From: Folioceros fuciformis
Taxonomy: Eukaryota
Length of the DNA: 64,000 nucleotides
Assembly: GCA_049999805.1 (NCBI GenBank)
Contig: JBNGIO010006003.1
Span: forward strand, 71,897-135,896
Reading direction: 5' to 3'
A program made the position numbers and the translations under genes. This document shows positions 47,948 to 61,700 of the stretch, in pieces. Within the stretch, counting starts at the first letter, position 1. Each line of letters opens with the position of its first letter. The notes beneath the pieces are model-generated. The model was not told the origin of the DNA and did not search any database. It saw only the letters and a list, made by a program, of their open reading frames with translations.

Positions 47948-50900
47948 CTACGAAACTGTTCGCCCATAACTGACAGCTGCAATATAGAGATTCTTGGACC
48001 ACTTCTCCTAAACACAAGTTGAAAACGAGTCAGCCGTGTAGCGGAAGCCCAACGAAAACTCATGAAACGGTGTCTCCTGTCACTCACCTTCACATGCGTG
48101 CTGGGAAATGCAGAAGTACGTAGCGTTTCCTGCGTCTCATCCGCAGGCTTCCTACGAGGAACACTCAGCACAAAAGCAGCTTGGTCCCAGGTCGCGGCAG
48201 TGGACGTTATACGATAGCCATTGTCCCACCGTCTGTGAATACCTTCACTTGGGTACAGAAAATCAAGCTCCACAACCTGATTGAGACACGTCATGCAGCG
48301 TCAGAAAAAAGAAAAAACACCCACTCGTTGAGACAGTGAATCAAGGAGGCCCACCTGATCTGAGAACCCTGCATTCCGTGACATGACAACCCCCCATCGA
48401 CTGCCGGCAGTTGCCATAGACGTCACATAGAAACCCTCTCTCCATTTCTTGTTTATCCACTTGAATGGGAATGAATCACTAACTTTGTACGACTGCTGAG
48501 TGTATGATGTCCCTGAACGGATGCCAAACGACATTGAATAAGAAAAATCAAAACCCACATACACCTCAGGAAAAGTGTGCATATGAACCAAAGAGAGATA
48601 CGCACCTTTGGACATCACAACAAGTGAGCTTCCATTCGTTGCTCCTGCAATGGCACTGATATAGAAGTTTTTCTCCCACTGCTCCATTATCCATTCCTGA
48701 AATGCCTCAAAACATTAACGATGCAGGCACCAGCCTCCCGTGCGTCTGGTATCAGGTTACATGGAAGTGGCACACCAACCTTGTGTAAAAAAACATGAGA
48801 CAGTTCATAGACTTGTGCCGTGAACCCCGTTCCAGCATCCATGATCAATGCCCAAAGATTTGTACAGGAGGCTACACTGCTTATGTACAGTCCATCTTCA
48901 TTGCCCTTCTCAACGTGCTGAGTCAACCTTGAGTCCGCAACATTATAGTGATACCTGCAGTCACCTCGATTGTTCAGGTATCTATTTGGAATTAGATTTT
49001 AGGATTTGCCGCGTTGTTAGACAGCTCTCAGGCGGGAGTTCTGGCCATCACCTTTGCTTCATGGGTCGGCGGGCGTTGTACACTGTGATCCATTGAGTAG
49101 CAGGCATTCCCAGTCGTATTTTTTTCTTCGGCTGGTCATCTTCCTCTTCATCAACTGGGAATCTGCCTCGCTTTTGGCCAACCTGCAGACAGATGGGTTG
49201 TAAACAGTAAGAAACCTCGAAGAAAAACTGTTGACTCCACGCACTGTACAATTTCAAAACGTCCTCCCAAGAAACTACAAGACATCCTCATTCCCTTCCC
49301 GTAAACACACGTAAAGGTGATAGATCCGAAAGGCACGACCAACATGAAGGAAACACTCACCTTCTGAGCTCCGTCTGTGTTGATGGGTCTAACTGCCGGG
49401 TTTGGACCCAGGACACTATCGAACAGACTTATGAGCTTTCCATAATTAGGTTCTTCATCGAACTTCATGTTCACTACAACTTCGAGAAACTGCTTGAAAG
49501 GAACGGGGCAGAAGCAACATAACATCTCAGGAGAGGTGGCCATCTTCTTCTTGCAGACCAGAAAACCTTTATTCTCGCCCTGAAAAACACAATTAACCAC
49601 TGACTGAGGAACAACATTGAAAAACAGGAGACGTAGTACGCAAAAGTTTAGAAATCCAGTACTACTCAGTTCTACCAGGAAGGAAAAGAATCTTTTACCT
49701 GATATCCTTGCCATGGAAGGCGACCTCGGAGTAAGAACACCAATGTGTACGCAAGAGACTCCAAATCGTCTCTCCTGCTGCCTGTTCGACCTAAATGTGC
49801 ATGAACACTCGCATATCGCACAGTTCCCCTAAGGTAAAAAGGGCATGAAATGCACCCTGGTAAGATTCCTCAAAAGAGAATGAAGGGACCATATGGAAAG
49901 GAGTCTGAAGAGGAACTAGGAGTACCAGAAAGATGCTCACATACCGGAACACATCAGGCCTCTGATCATAGTCTACATGCTGGTTAGTGGTACCATCCTT
50001 CCACCTTGTTGCTGTAACCACAAACCACAGGGTAAGCGTTCAGGCATTGGAACAGAGACCAGAGCGAACAAAAGAAAGGGACAAGAAGCTAAGAAGACAC
50101 GCACCTAAACCCAGGTCTACGAGAAACAACTTCTTTTCGTCAACCGTTCCTGGCTGACCAAGTAGAAAATTCTCTGGCTTAACATCACCATGCACGTAGC
50201 TGCAAACAGCACGCACAAAACCAACCATTACAGCTATCCATGACAAACAAGATCGCCAGAAACCCAGCAGCATTGCCAAGTCAAACGAAACAAGTACAAG
50301 AACATACCCCCTTGAGTGCATTTTCTCGAGGATTGATATAGACTCGACTGCAATGCATGCAACCATCTCTGTCGACATCCTGCAGATACAATAGAGGTCA
50401 AAGTGAGCACAGTCATAGAGAACGTTGACACGACCCGCATTTCCAGTACAAGGTGCACTTACGATTGCCCAGACGAGTTCCAGACATCCCACAAGCTTGG
50501 TCCCAGCATGTCCATGACCTGAGACGCGGAGAAGACGACTGTTATTAAATCAAGACAATCTTCAAAAAGAGAAGGGGAACCAAGATATCGCAATTCCGAA
50601 CGACAACTGCCCCACGTGAAACCCCAGCCTACCATGACGTAGTAGTCCCCCTGCCTGCCTTTGAAATGAACACGGGGAACGCCATGACTCCCACCTAGAG
50701 TGCTGCCGGACACGGGAAAACAAAAAAGACGAAGATGGTCAGCGTCCAATCAGCCCTCAATTTAGCATGGGCAGCGAATGGCATACGTACGTGTAAACCT
50801 GCCACTCATAAGGCGGGCCATAATTACAGCCTTTGCTGCTACGGTGCTCAAACTTGAGAGCCACCTAAAGAGCGAGAATGGCTCAACGTCAGGCATAACC

Positions 50901-51844
50901 ACAAGAAGTGCAAAAAATGGCCAGGGACAGTCGACAAACACTGAGATGAAAGAAGCACACGCACCTCAACGGCCTGAGGCCCAGTTCGTTCTGTTCCACC
51001 ATTGATACGCCGACCTACATAAACCTGTCCAAAGCCACCTTTTCCAAGCTTTCGCTCAATCTTGTACACCGGGGACCCTCCAACCTGGACCTGCACATGG
51101 GAGCATGGCATAAAACACTATCAGACGATCGGAGATTCAAAATCAGACGGCGTCCCTCAGAGTGGAAGGGGAAAACGCTGGACGAATCCCACAGGGCGTA
51201 CAGAACACGCAGGCACACAACAAGACTCTTAAGAGGAGACGAGACATGAAACCGACCCTCTCCGGAAGAGGTGCAGTGCTGCCTTCTTCTTCCGCACCCG
51301 GAACCTTGTCGGCAGTCCTCCCGGCGCTCTCTTCTTCCATTTCTTGCTTCACGGGGGCTTCAATAACCTGAACTAGATCTAAATCGTGCTTCACCTGTAG
51401 CTGGCGATGATCCGGCGACCGCTCCGGCTCGGGACCCTGGCTGCGAGATCCAGGCGCGGAAGCCGGGTAGACAACCTTCTTCCTGGCGAGCGGGGCGGCG
51501 GGCCTGGGTGCCGAGGCGGGCGCAACCTTAGCGACGCGCACGGGCTTGGCGGGCCGGGCAGCGGTGGTAGCCTTGGCCCTGGCCGCGGGCACAACCCTAG
51601 GCGCGGTGGTGACTCCCCCCGCGATAGCCTGCTGTGCCACAGCCGCGCGGGTGCGCACGCGGTTAGTGGCGGGAGAGGTAAGATCGACCACTTCTGGCGG
51701 CGGCCTCCTCCTGGCAGGTGTCCTCCGGCCACTTCCAACACCCGAGTCGGGGAAAGCGGGAGCTACAGGAGCTGGCGCAGGCAGGCGCGAGGGATTGGCA
51801 GACGCAGCGTGAGATTGGCGGGCTCCACTACGCAGCTCTGGCAT
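47948..51844 (-). CDS. Plant casein kinase 1-like protein of the MUT9-like kinase (MLK/PPK)/HD16 type; multi-exon
   Basis: MPELRSGAR start, [26 protein letters not shown], family C-terminal domain ([33 protein letters not shown]) and end YGRTVS*. Confidence 0.95.
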
Positions 51845-53789
51845 CCTTCACCCATGCACTCCCCCGCGAGCAGCCAGACCAACGCACCTCGACGCCCCTG
51901 GCGGTGTGCCTCCTGCTGCTGCGGCTGCGATCCTCTGCGCACCTCGCTCATATCTTTGCTCCAATGCCGCCTTGTGGCCGCCCCGCCTCTCCGTCCCCGC
52001 ATGCAGCCTCGTAGAGCCTATCCTCCTCTACCCCGCCACCTACCCTATCCTAGCCTAGCCTATTCTATCCTAGCCGACTCCGGCACCCGAGGCCCGTCTG
52101 TCTGTCTCCCCTTCACTGCGAGCATGGACAAGCCGCCTGCCTGGCTCCGCGAGTTCGCACCAAACCCCAACCTCCTTCCAGCCCGCGCCCCTTCCCTTCC
52201 CTTCTCTTCTCTTCACTTCCCTTCCTCTTCCTTCCTTCCTTCCTGCCCTCTCCTCCCCTGACACCGCGTCCTCCTCCGCTCCTGGTGCCTACCCTCGCCC
52301 CGGCCCCTGCCGCTGGCCAAGAGCGGTCAGTGGATCTCGGCGCGCAGGCTGCAGCGCGCGGGAAGCGCACAATGCGGCGGCTGGGGTTGGCGCGAAGTCG
52401 CGGGGAGCATGTTGCACCCGTAGCAGCGGGATGTGATGCAGGAGGAGACGGAAGAATGCAGAGGGTTTCACCGCGCTCGCACTCTCGCCGAAGGGAGAGA
52501 GAAGCGATGGACGGAGAGGGAGAGAGAGAAAGAGTCCGTGGTCACCACAGAGCACAGCACAGGCACCAGCTCCAAATCACACACAATCAATCACTGTGCG
52601 TAAAAACGCGCGGCAGTCCACAAGCCAAGGCCCAAGGGGCTTTCATTTCCACATATGTATGTACATGCGTCCTTCCCTCCCTACTTCTGCTACTCCAATT
52701 CCACTCCACAGTGGGCCTTCAAAAAAAGGTCGGGTCCATTGTCCCACTTGCTTAACTTAAAAACAGGCCAGCCAGTCAGCCCAACCCAGCCCAGCGTCGT
52801 ACGCTGCTCTGCCATCCCGACATGCCACGCTAATTACCCTGTCTCTCTAGACGCCTTGCGTCTTGCAACGGTGTCCGCTAACTGGTCCCTATGCACTCGG
52901 CGTCATCGTCACTGCGGCGATATTTCCTTTTATGCTTGCTTCTTGCTTCGGGCCCCGCCCACGTCCCGTCGCATTTCAAAAATAAAAAAATCTCCTTCAA
53001 CTGCACATCCTCCAACCACAAATCCTCCTCCATCTCACCAAATTCCCCCTTCACTCGCACTAACCCGGGCATGCACAACACCAGTCAAAAATCTTCCCTA
53101 TCCGGCTTACATCTTGAATGAATGGGCGGCCATCTTGGTATTCAAGATAAGCTTCATACCAATCTCACAATCTCTCTATCTTACCGCCATGAAGGCTCGA
53201 AGAGGTGGGAGCAGAGGTCTTGCTGCATGTATCATGCATTGCTTGTGAACATTAGTACACCATTGTGGTCCGCACATATGTACTTAGGGTCTGTGTGTGT
53301 ACTATTTCCAAACATTGGTGACATCGTTAGAAGGAACACCCGGTGGTACTTGTTTGCTTGTATACAAACTGGTGCATGTGATGTCTCAGAGCAAGAAGAA
53401 ACTTGGGGATGTTCGATGATTGTGATGTTGTACGTCCTGGTTTTACATCTGCACCTTGGGTGGTGACTCGCTTGATGCTGTACTGTACATGTGCTGGTGA
53501 TGATAAATTTTCAAAGCATGGAGATCGAAGTCCACATCCCTGATAAAAGTGCAATTCTGCAGAAAGGCTCATTGTGCTCTAGGACTTATTGGCACCTCTT
53601 TCGTACAATGAGACTCAGTGCTTGTTGTGCAATCTCCATATGCTTGCTTCCCGTCATGGAACTTTCTTGTTGCTTTGCGCCTCTTTCGTACAATGAGATT
53701 TAGTTCTCATTGTGCAACCTACATATGCTTGCTTCTTCTACCACGCAACTTACTTGTTGCTCCACATTTACTTGAGCCTTCTTTGTTCA

Positions 53790-54110
53790 ATGTCGCCTCT
53801 TAGTCATGCAGATGTGTTGCCATCTTGTCCTTGCTTCATCACCTCTGTGTTACCTTGGTACCTACTTGCGCCTTCCTTTCTTCCTTCTTTCTTGCATGTT
53901 GCAATGTCTTCTCTTAGTCATGCTTGCCCCTTCTGTACCTTGTTACACCTTCCTTCCTTCCTACATGTTGCAATGTCTTCTCTTAGTCATGCTTGCCTTA
54001 CACCTTCCTTCCTTCCTACATGTTGCAAATGTCTTCTCTTAGTGCTGTAATGTCTTCTCTTGGTCATGCTTGCGCCTTTTGTCCGCAGTGTTTCTCTTAG
54101 CCATGTGGAA
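53790..54110. repeat. Degenerate tandem repeat (ATGTTGCAATGTCTTCTCTTAGTCATGCTTGC core)
   Basis: The core recurs about 5-6 times with variable spacing. Confidence 0.75.
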
Positions 54111-55331
54111 GCATTTCATAACCGACTTGTGTCTTCTTGCTGTGTCTTCTTGCCGCACTACATTGTGGTACAGTGAACTTTATGCCTTGTGCTCGTGCAC
54201 TTTGATGAGACAGTTGTCTACCTTTTCTAGCTCAATAAGTGAACTCATATATAAGTTCTAGGGCTAGGCAAGTCAACTCAGATAATTCAAAGTGTAGACC
54301 TACCTAGAGTTTTTGCAGCTCGCAAGCTCGTTCGCTCCCAAGGCATGTAAAGCAAGCTCCTTCGCTCCCAAGGCATGTAAAGCTTTTACAACTAGCCAGT
54401 CCCATTGGATAGGGCTTCTAGCATAGGTGTCTACCCCATTGCGTACGGCTCTCACAAGCTGTGAGTGCCATAGAACCTTTTAGGGTTTTGTGTGTATAGA
54501 ATTATATGTGTAGATGAATCCTCTAGGACACAGAGGCACATTCTAAAAGGGCCCTTTGAGACAAGGAAGGAAGGCACATTGTGGAAGGGCTCTTTGACCA
54601 AGGGAAGGGATGCTGCATGAAGTAAGATAGATAAACATTGAAGTGGGAAGAAGATAGCTCCGGTCGTTGGACCTTTGGCGTGGTAGGATTCAACAAAGAT
54701 GTGAGAAACGACGTGCAAGATAAAATATGTGACAGAAAATGAAAATAGCTAATATAGCGAGAGCCTTACGTTGCAACGGAGTTGGTGAGGCCGAGTGTTG
54801 TGTGCAAAGACGATCGACCCTACAGACACGATCGTCACCAGGGACATCTCGACGACGTCCGGGCCTCGTCTCCACGATATCCCTGCCTCGTCTGCGGAGA
54901 AATATCCCGTAAATCGATGGGGACGTGGAGTGACAGGAATCATCAACAGTGTGCGGGAATCGTAGTTTACCACGCAACCTGAGTTGGAATCGGCAGTTTT
55001 ATACACACAAGTGTCCCCAAGGGAGCAAGCAAGTCACCGCGGTGGAGGGGCGATGCCGGAAGGTTTTGTGGACGACTTTGGAAGGACGAAGTACATCACG
55101 AAATGTAGGAATCAATCACACGAAACAGACGCCATTGGAATCACGCAAACATTGCACTTCTCGGAGGCGGCAGCAGTGTTCCCACCATTCCACTCTTGGC
55201 TTCCTCGATTTCCAGACTCCGGACGACTTTCCTCATCACCACCTACTGAGGCTGTAGTTTGGTGCCTTCGTAGCACGTGGATGGGATGTGGAGAGAGGCT
55301 CACCAAAATTGTTGTAACTCGTTTCTTCCTT

Positions 55332-58300
55332 TTACCCTGTGAGAACTCCTGCTAGAATCTCGCTCTTGCCACGAACTGTAATGGTGTAGGCGAGGCGGAT
55401 GGCATCCAGCCACCCTTCCATCAGCTCCCAGGAATCTGCTACCTGCAGGCCGACATCGTTTTCAGGATCAGAAGAGAGGCTGGGGTTCAGGTGGCGGACA
55501 GCAGGGAGAACGTGGAGACCGGACTCACAAAGTATTGTTGCCTGGTGCTTGTGTCGATCCGGAAGCCGCCCCCCACAGGCAGGCTCAGGTCGGCAGATGG
55601 AGTCATGTAGACGATGTCCTCCAGCTCCATTCTGAAGGAGGAGATCTTGACCGGTGTCTTTGCCATGGACGGACTCGAGGGCTCCGACCCGCCTGGGTTA
55701 GTTATCCTTCGCGAGAAATTTTTGGCGAGCTTCTCTTCTGGTTTATCCATCTTGCAGGTTACACGGTCAAGATCGATTCACGTTAGGGCTTACAAAACAT
55801 TCCTCAGCACTCAAAAGTGAACCAGGTAGGTGCACTGAAGTTCGATAGATACCTCGTAGAACGCCTCATGGTCGATGACAAACCACAACCTCTTCCAGTC
55901 ATTATGCGGGGCTAGAGAATCATCCCCGGGATGAACAAGCAAGTAGCCTGCCTTCAGGTATGGCAGAGGAAGCTGCAGCCATTGCAAACACTGCATGTCA
56001 GATGGACGTTTCATCACGCGTCACAAGAACACAATCCCAAAATTCTCATCGTCTTCTAATAGACTCAGGAGGGGACGAACGAGCACCATTGATCTGACAA
56101 GCCGAAGAGCACTCCTGTAAACCTGCCGGCTTCAACCCACACAAGACTAACGGTGAGAACACAACACAGCACAACTTCAATTGGGCGTGAAGCCTACCAG
56201 AGCCCACAGAGGAAACAATCTACAAACTTCGATGGTTCAAGAGGATCCAATGACCAACCGGATAGTCGGGCTTCAAAGAATGTGCAGCGGCGATGTAGAT
56301 GGCTGATTGGCTGTACAGTTCAGAAGGCATGTGGTCTGGTCGAGATACTTTCCGACCACTTCGAAGCGTGTCCTCAGCTAGGCCATACTGCACATGGCAC
56401 AAGGAAGTTATTGGCTTGCAATATGCATTTCAGGAGTGAAATGCAAAAAAGGGGAACCACAGGGCTCCGTCATCTCAACACACTCACCAGGACAGTACCC
56501 AGGTTGTACACTGCTCGATGAAAGTCAAAGCGGAGTCCTATTGCAGCCCGAAACTGCAACAGAATCAAACGAGTGGTGAGTTTCTCCCTTAGGCAAAATG
56601 GATGAGGCAAAAGTGACGACAAAAATTGCAGCTCAACTGTCTTTCACCCTTGAAAGCAATCGACTCGTGGTGTCGGTGAGCGAGAGAGGGGAATGGGTGG
56701 CGGTGGGGAATGAGGGTGCTGCAGTCTATACTTAGCTTACCTTTCTTATTGCACTCCTTATGATTCCACGCTTCTCCTTAAGTGGAACTATAGCGCCAAG
56801 CTCCTGCGACAGTCGACACCCTTCAGAAACTTTGCAAACATATCACACGGGACCAGTCCGTGTTGCAAACAGTGGGTTGTCCCACCTGCAGTGCCAGTCC
56901 CCAGTTGTTGAGAGCCTGCAAATCACCACAAGAGTTAATCGTCTGTGCTAGGCAGTTACTCACGACAGCACCCTTTTCAATACAAAAGCAACTGCTGATC
57001 TACAAAAGAATGCCCTGAGATGCTAGGGCCCAGGCATCCACCTGCGGGCTGTTCCAGTTGAGCTGCAAAGACCTTTCGTACTTCTCACAAGCCTGCACAG
57101 GTGCCCAATGACCCCACTTATTTCTATCCCCACTGCGAGGACTGAAGGGACCCTAAACTCGAAGCCTGCAATGCACAATCCAATCCCATAAACTTGAAGC
57201 ACAAACAGGGAAGTTGGAACAAAACCTGCTTCCAAAGTTCCTCTGCCTCCTTGGTTCTACCCCTGATCTTTGCACGATCAGAAATGGCAATCGCCCAGTT
57301 GTAGTACGCCTGGTTGCAACCATCAAACTCTCACTGTGAGAATCGCTGAATAACACATGAACAACAGCTTCTCCCACCACCGGAAAGATGGCCCCAGGGC
57401 CCGGAAACTGGAAAATACAGGGTGTTCACACCTCATGGAGCGACGGGCAGATACTAATCGCAGCTTCGTACTTGCTGCACGCATCTTCAAGCAGCACATC
57501 CTTTCCCGGGGGGCCACCATCTAGTGGCGTGTTATCCGCGGTTTCCTGCGCCCACGTACAAAGAAAAGACTCTGAAAAGAGCAACGCCTCCTGAGCCCCC
57601 AACCCACAGTCCCGACGATCATGACACCCAACCTCCCACGAACTCCGCACCAACTCACCTGGAGCACCAAAGCCCAATTGTACATGGCATCGAAGTCATC
57701 CGCGTTGGCAGCAACCGCCCTGGAGTACCTGAACCAAAACAGCCCAAATCCCACAATTCAGCATCCCGATCCCAGGATCTCGCTCACTCACAATCCAATT
57801 CTCACCTCCTGGCAGCAAAAGACAACATCCTTTGCCGAGAGTGCTGATCATCCTCCCCAGGCACTGCACTACTGCGGANNNNNNNNNNNNNNNNNNNNNN
57901 NNNNNNNNNNNNNNNNNNNNNNNNNNNNNNNNNNNNNNNNNNNNNNNNNNNNNNNNNNNNNNNNNNNNNNNNNNNNNNCTTCTCCTCCACGATCTCACTC
58001 ACATGCGCTTGAACTTCCACGTGCACTTGCTCCCCGGTCACCTGCTCCTCGATCTTCCCCAGCTGCCCCTCCACTTTCTCTTGCTCCTCAATCCTCTGCT
58101 CCTGGATCCCATTCCCATGCTCCTCGATCTCACCCACCTGCCCCTGCACCTGCTCCCGCTCCTGCTCCTGCTCCTCGATATCGCCCGACTGCTCCTTAGC
58201 CTCCGTCACAACCTCGGGGTGCCCCTCCACAGGTTCCTCGATCTCACTACCCCGCACGGCCTCCTTCCCACAGTCCTGCTCAGGCTGCTGATCAGCCTCC

Positions 58301-58464
58301 TTCCCAGAGTCCTGCTCAGGCTGCTGACCAGCCTCCTTCCCAGAGTCCCGCTCAGGCTGCTGACCAGCCTCCTTCCCAGAGTCCTGCTCAAGCTGCTGAT
58401 CAGCCTCCTTCCCAGACTCCTGCTCATCCACGAGCACCTCAGAGTCCCCGGTTGCCGTGGCCAT
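55332..58464 (-). CDS. HLB1: HLB1-like TPR protein with C-terminal PH-like region; multi-exon, interrupted by an N gap
   Basis: [69 protein letters not shown] and [11 protein letters not shown]; acidic repetitive N-terminus. Confidence 0.88.
58255..58425 (-). repeat. 36-bp coding repeat x about 5 ([12 protein letters not shown]) in the HLB1 N-terminus
   Basis: Visible in both the DNA and the translation of ORF 57802..58602. Confidence 0.9.
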
Positions 58465-58730
58465 CCCGGGCATCCACGATCTCCAGGGCTGTAGTAGAGG
58501 CCCGCCTAAATTGAAAATTCGCGACTCATTTCTGATGCCCAGCCCTTGGCTAGCATGCTCTGGTGGGCTCACCTGTGCGCCAATTTTATACAACCCCGCC
58601 ACATAGCGGCAAAGAAACCATGGGACGAAGGAAGCTTCCGGTTTCCGCCATGCCCTAAATCTCGGACTCGTTGGTACACATGGGGCGACTGGGCCTCGGA
58701 CTGGGCGGGTCTGCGCTGTCTTTGCATTTA

Positions 58731-61700
58731 CTACTGGCTATCTCCGCAAGAACAGAAGCCATCCTTAAACCGATGAACGCGATGGGCATCTCTAATAATT
58801 ATCTCTCGATGTTCTATTCTCGAGATGACCTTGGTGCCGGCGTGGCAATGGCCACACATCCTGAGATTCTTGCTGACCACCAGAGTGGTGCCCGGAGGGG
58901 TGTTGAGGAGGCCGAAAGCTAGAGCCAGCTTTTCGGCATGTTTGCACAAGGCATCTTCACTTTCCTGGAGAGGTCCAGGCCCGAGCACCGGGTTCGAGTC
59001 CCTGCATGCCTCGAAAAGTGTGTTGAGGCTGTTGAGCTTGGCCGAGGTGTCGTCCCTACTTCTGCCTACTATGAATTCGTGTACCTGGCTACCCACCTCG
59101 ATGAGGGCCCTGGCGGGCTTCTTTTGGGCACCTGCGGACTGCATCATGGTTTCCACTTGGTCAACATCCGCCCACCTGCCCGCTTCTGCGTAGATGTCGG
59201 ACATGAGGGCGTAGGCGGAGGCATGTTGGGGTACCAGGTTCACGAGGCGGTGGAAGCAGCTCCTTGCTAGCTCGACATGGTTGTGGGCCTTGCAGGCTGT
59301 GAGGAGAGATGTCCACCCGATGGAATCCTGCTGTAGTGGCATTGTGTGGAGCATGGTTGCTGCTTCCTCCAGCCGGCCGGACCGCCCCAGGAGGTCTACC
59401 AAGGAGTTGTAATGCTCGACCTGGGGCTGGATGCTGTAGTCACGGGACATCATGGTGAAGTAGTTCTGGCCCTCGGTCACTAGACCCGCATGGCTGCATG
59501 CCGCCAGCAGACATGTGAAGGTTGCAGCATCAGGTTGGACTCCCTCTTCCTGCATCCTGGCGAAGCACTGCATAGCCATGGCGCAGTTGTTGTGCTGACC
59601 GTAGCCGCCGATGAGGGCGTTCCAAGTCACCAGATCCTTCCTCCCTGTACTATCGAATACACCCTGTGCGTCCTCCAGGTATCCGCATTTTGCATACATG
59701 TCCACCAGACTGCTACCCACAAACGCGTCATTTTCAAGTCCCTTGTGCAGGATGTCAGCATGTATCTGTTGTCCTTCCTGAATGGCTCCCAGTTTGCCAC
59801 AGACCTTTAATACACACGAATATGTGACAAGGTCAGGCGTCAAGCTTTCTTGCTGCATTCTGAAATATGCCTTAAGGCCATCGTGGCCGAGCCCATGCTC
59901 CGCGCATCCGGCGATGAGGGTGTTCCAGGTTGCCACATCTTTTGTCTGCAACCTTTCGAACAAGACACATGCATCTCCCATGCTTCCGCATTTGATGAAC
60001 ATGTCTATCAAGGCGTTCCCAACGCACAGATCTGATTCAAGTCCTCTTGCCAGAACCTCAGCATAAACCTTCCTGCCCTCCTCTAAGTTTCCTAAGCTAC
60101 CACATGCTTTCAAAATGCTTACATAGGTGAAATTGTCTGGGACCGCGGCACTCAGAAACATGCTCCTGAAAAGTTCTATCGCCTCTTGCCCCAGCTCATG
60201 CTGAGCGTAACCTGCAATCATGACATTCCATGTCACCAAGTCCCTGGCCAGCAATCTGTCGAATACTCTGCGAGCATCCTCCAAGCTCCTGCATTTGGCG
60301 TACATATCAACCAACATGCTCCCAACCAGCTCGTCCTCCTCAGCTCCTCTTTCCAAAATTTGGACATGAATCTGCCTGCCTTCGTGTAAGTTTCCAATGA
60401 TAGCACACGCTCTGAATAGGGCCGCATATGTGGCATTGTTAGGCACAATTCCATTCCCTTGCATCCTCATGTACAGCTTGTGGGCTTCATCCACAGGCCC
60501 CTGATGGACGTATCCCGCAATCATGGCAGTCCATGAAACCACGTCTTTTGAAGGCAATTTGTCAAACACCCGTTGGGCATCTTCCATGCTTCCGCATTTT
60601 ATGTACATATCTAACAGACAGTTTCCCAGTGAGCTATCAGCTTGAAGTCCCCTTTCAAGGACACGGGCATGAATCTGCTTGCCTTTCTCCAAGTGCCCTA
60701 CACTGCCGCATGCTTTCACAACAGCGACAAGGGTTACATGATTGCCTGCCAACTTCCCATCCTGCTGCATAAGGGCGTAAAGTTGAAGCGCTTCTAGACC
60801 TCGTCCATGCTGAGCATATCCTGCAATCATAGCACTCCATGTCACCACGTTCTTTTTTTGCAGTCTGTCGAAAACTCCGCGGGCCTCCTCCAGACTACCA
60901 CATTTGGCATACATGTCGACCAAGGTGCTACCAATATAGATATCAGCTTCCAGTCCCCTTTTCAGGACCTCAGCGTGAATCCCCTTCCCCTCTTGTATAG
61001 CTCCGACATTGCCACATGCTTTAAGAATGCTGACAAATGTGAAGTGGTTTGCTGGACACTTGCCCTCCTGCTGCATCTTCACATAAAGACTGAGCGCTTC
61101 CTGACCACACCCATTTTGAGCATAACCTGCAAACATAGCATTCCATGTCACAACATCTGTGCTCGGCAAATTGTCAAAGACATATCTGGCCGTCTCCAGG
61201 CTCCCACATTTAGCATACATGTCTACAAGGGCGCTCCCGACAAATACATTTGTGTCAAATCCATACTCCACCACATCCGCATGAATCAACTTGCCTGAAT
61301 CTAAATCCCCTGCACTGGCACATGATTTCAGGACAGCAGCCAGCACAAAATCAGTCGGTCTGACACTTGATTGTCGCATTCGCACATACAATTTGATAGC
61401 CTGCTCAGCCTTTCCATGGTCACAGTGTGCTGAAATGATCGAAGCCCATACGAAAGTGTCGGGAGCAGCCAACGTGTTAAAAACCCGCTCTGCTTCCATC
61501 AAACTCCCCGTGGCAGCGTACATCCGAATCAGGTAGTTCGCCATGAAACAGTCCAACGCAGACCCAACTTGTCCAGAGAGGGCATGGACACGCCTGCCCA
61601 CCTCAAGGTTTCTAGTCGCAGTGCACCCTTTCAGGAGAATGTACAACATGTCATTCGGGATGGAAATTCCTCTCCGGTGCATCACGTTCACAGCCTCCAG

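Noticed and set aside
54690-55330. Short ORFs on both strands downstream of HLB1
   Set aside because: No family motifs or consistent exon chain; compatible with a 3' UTR.
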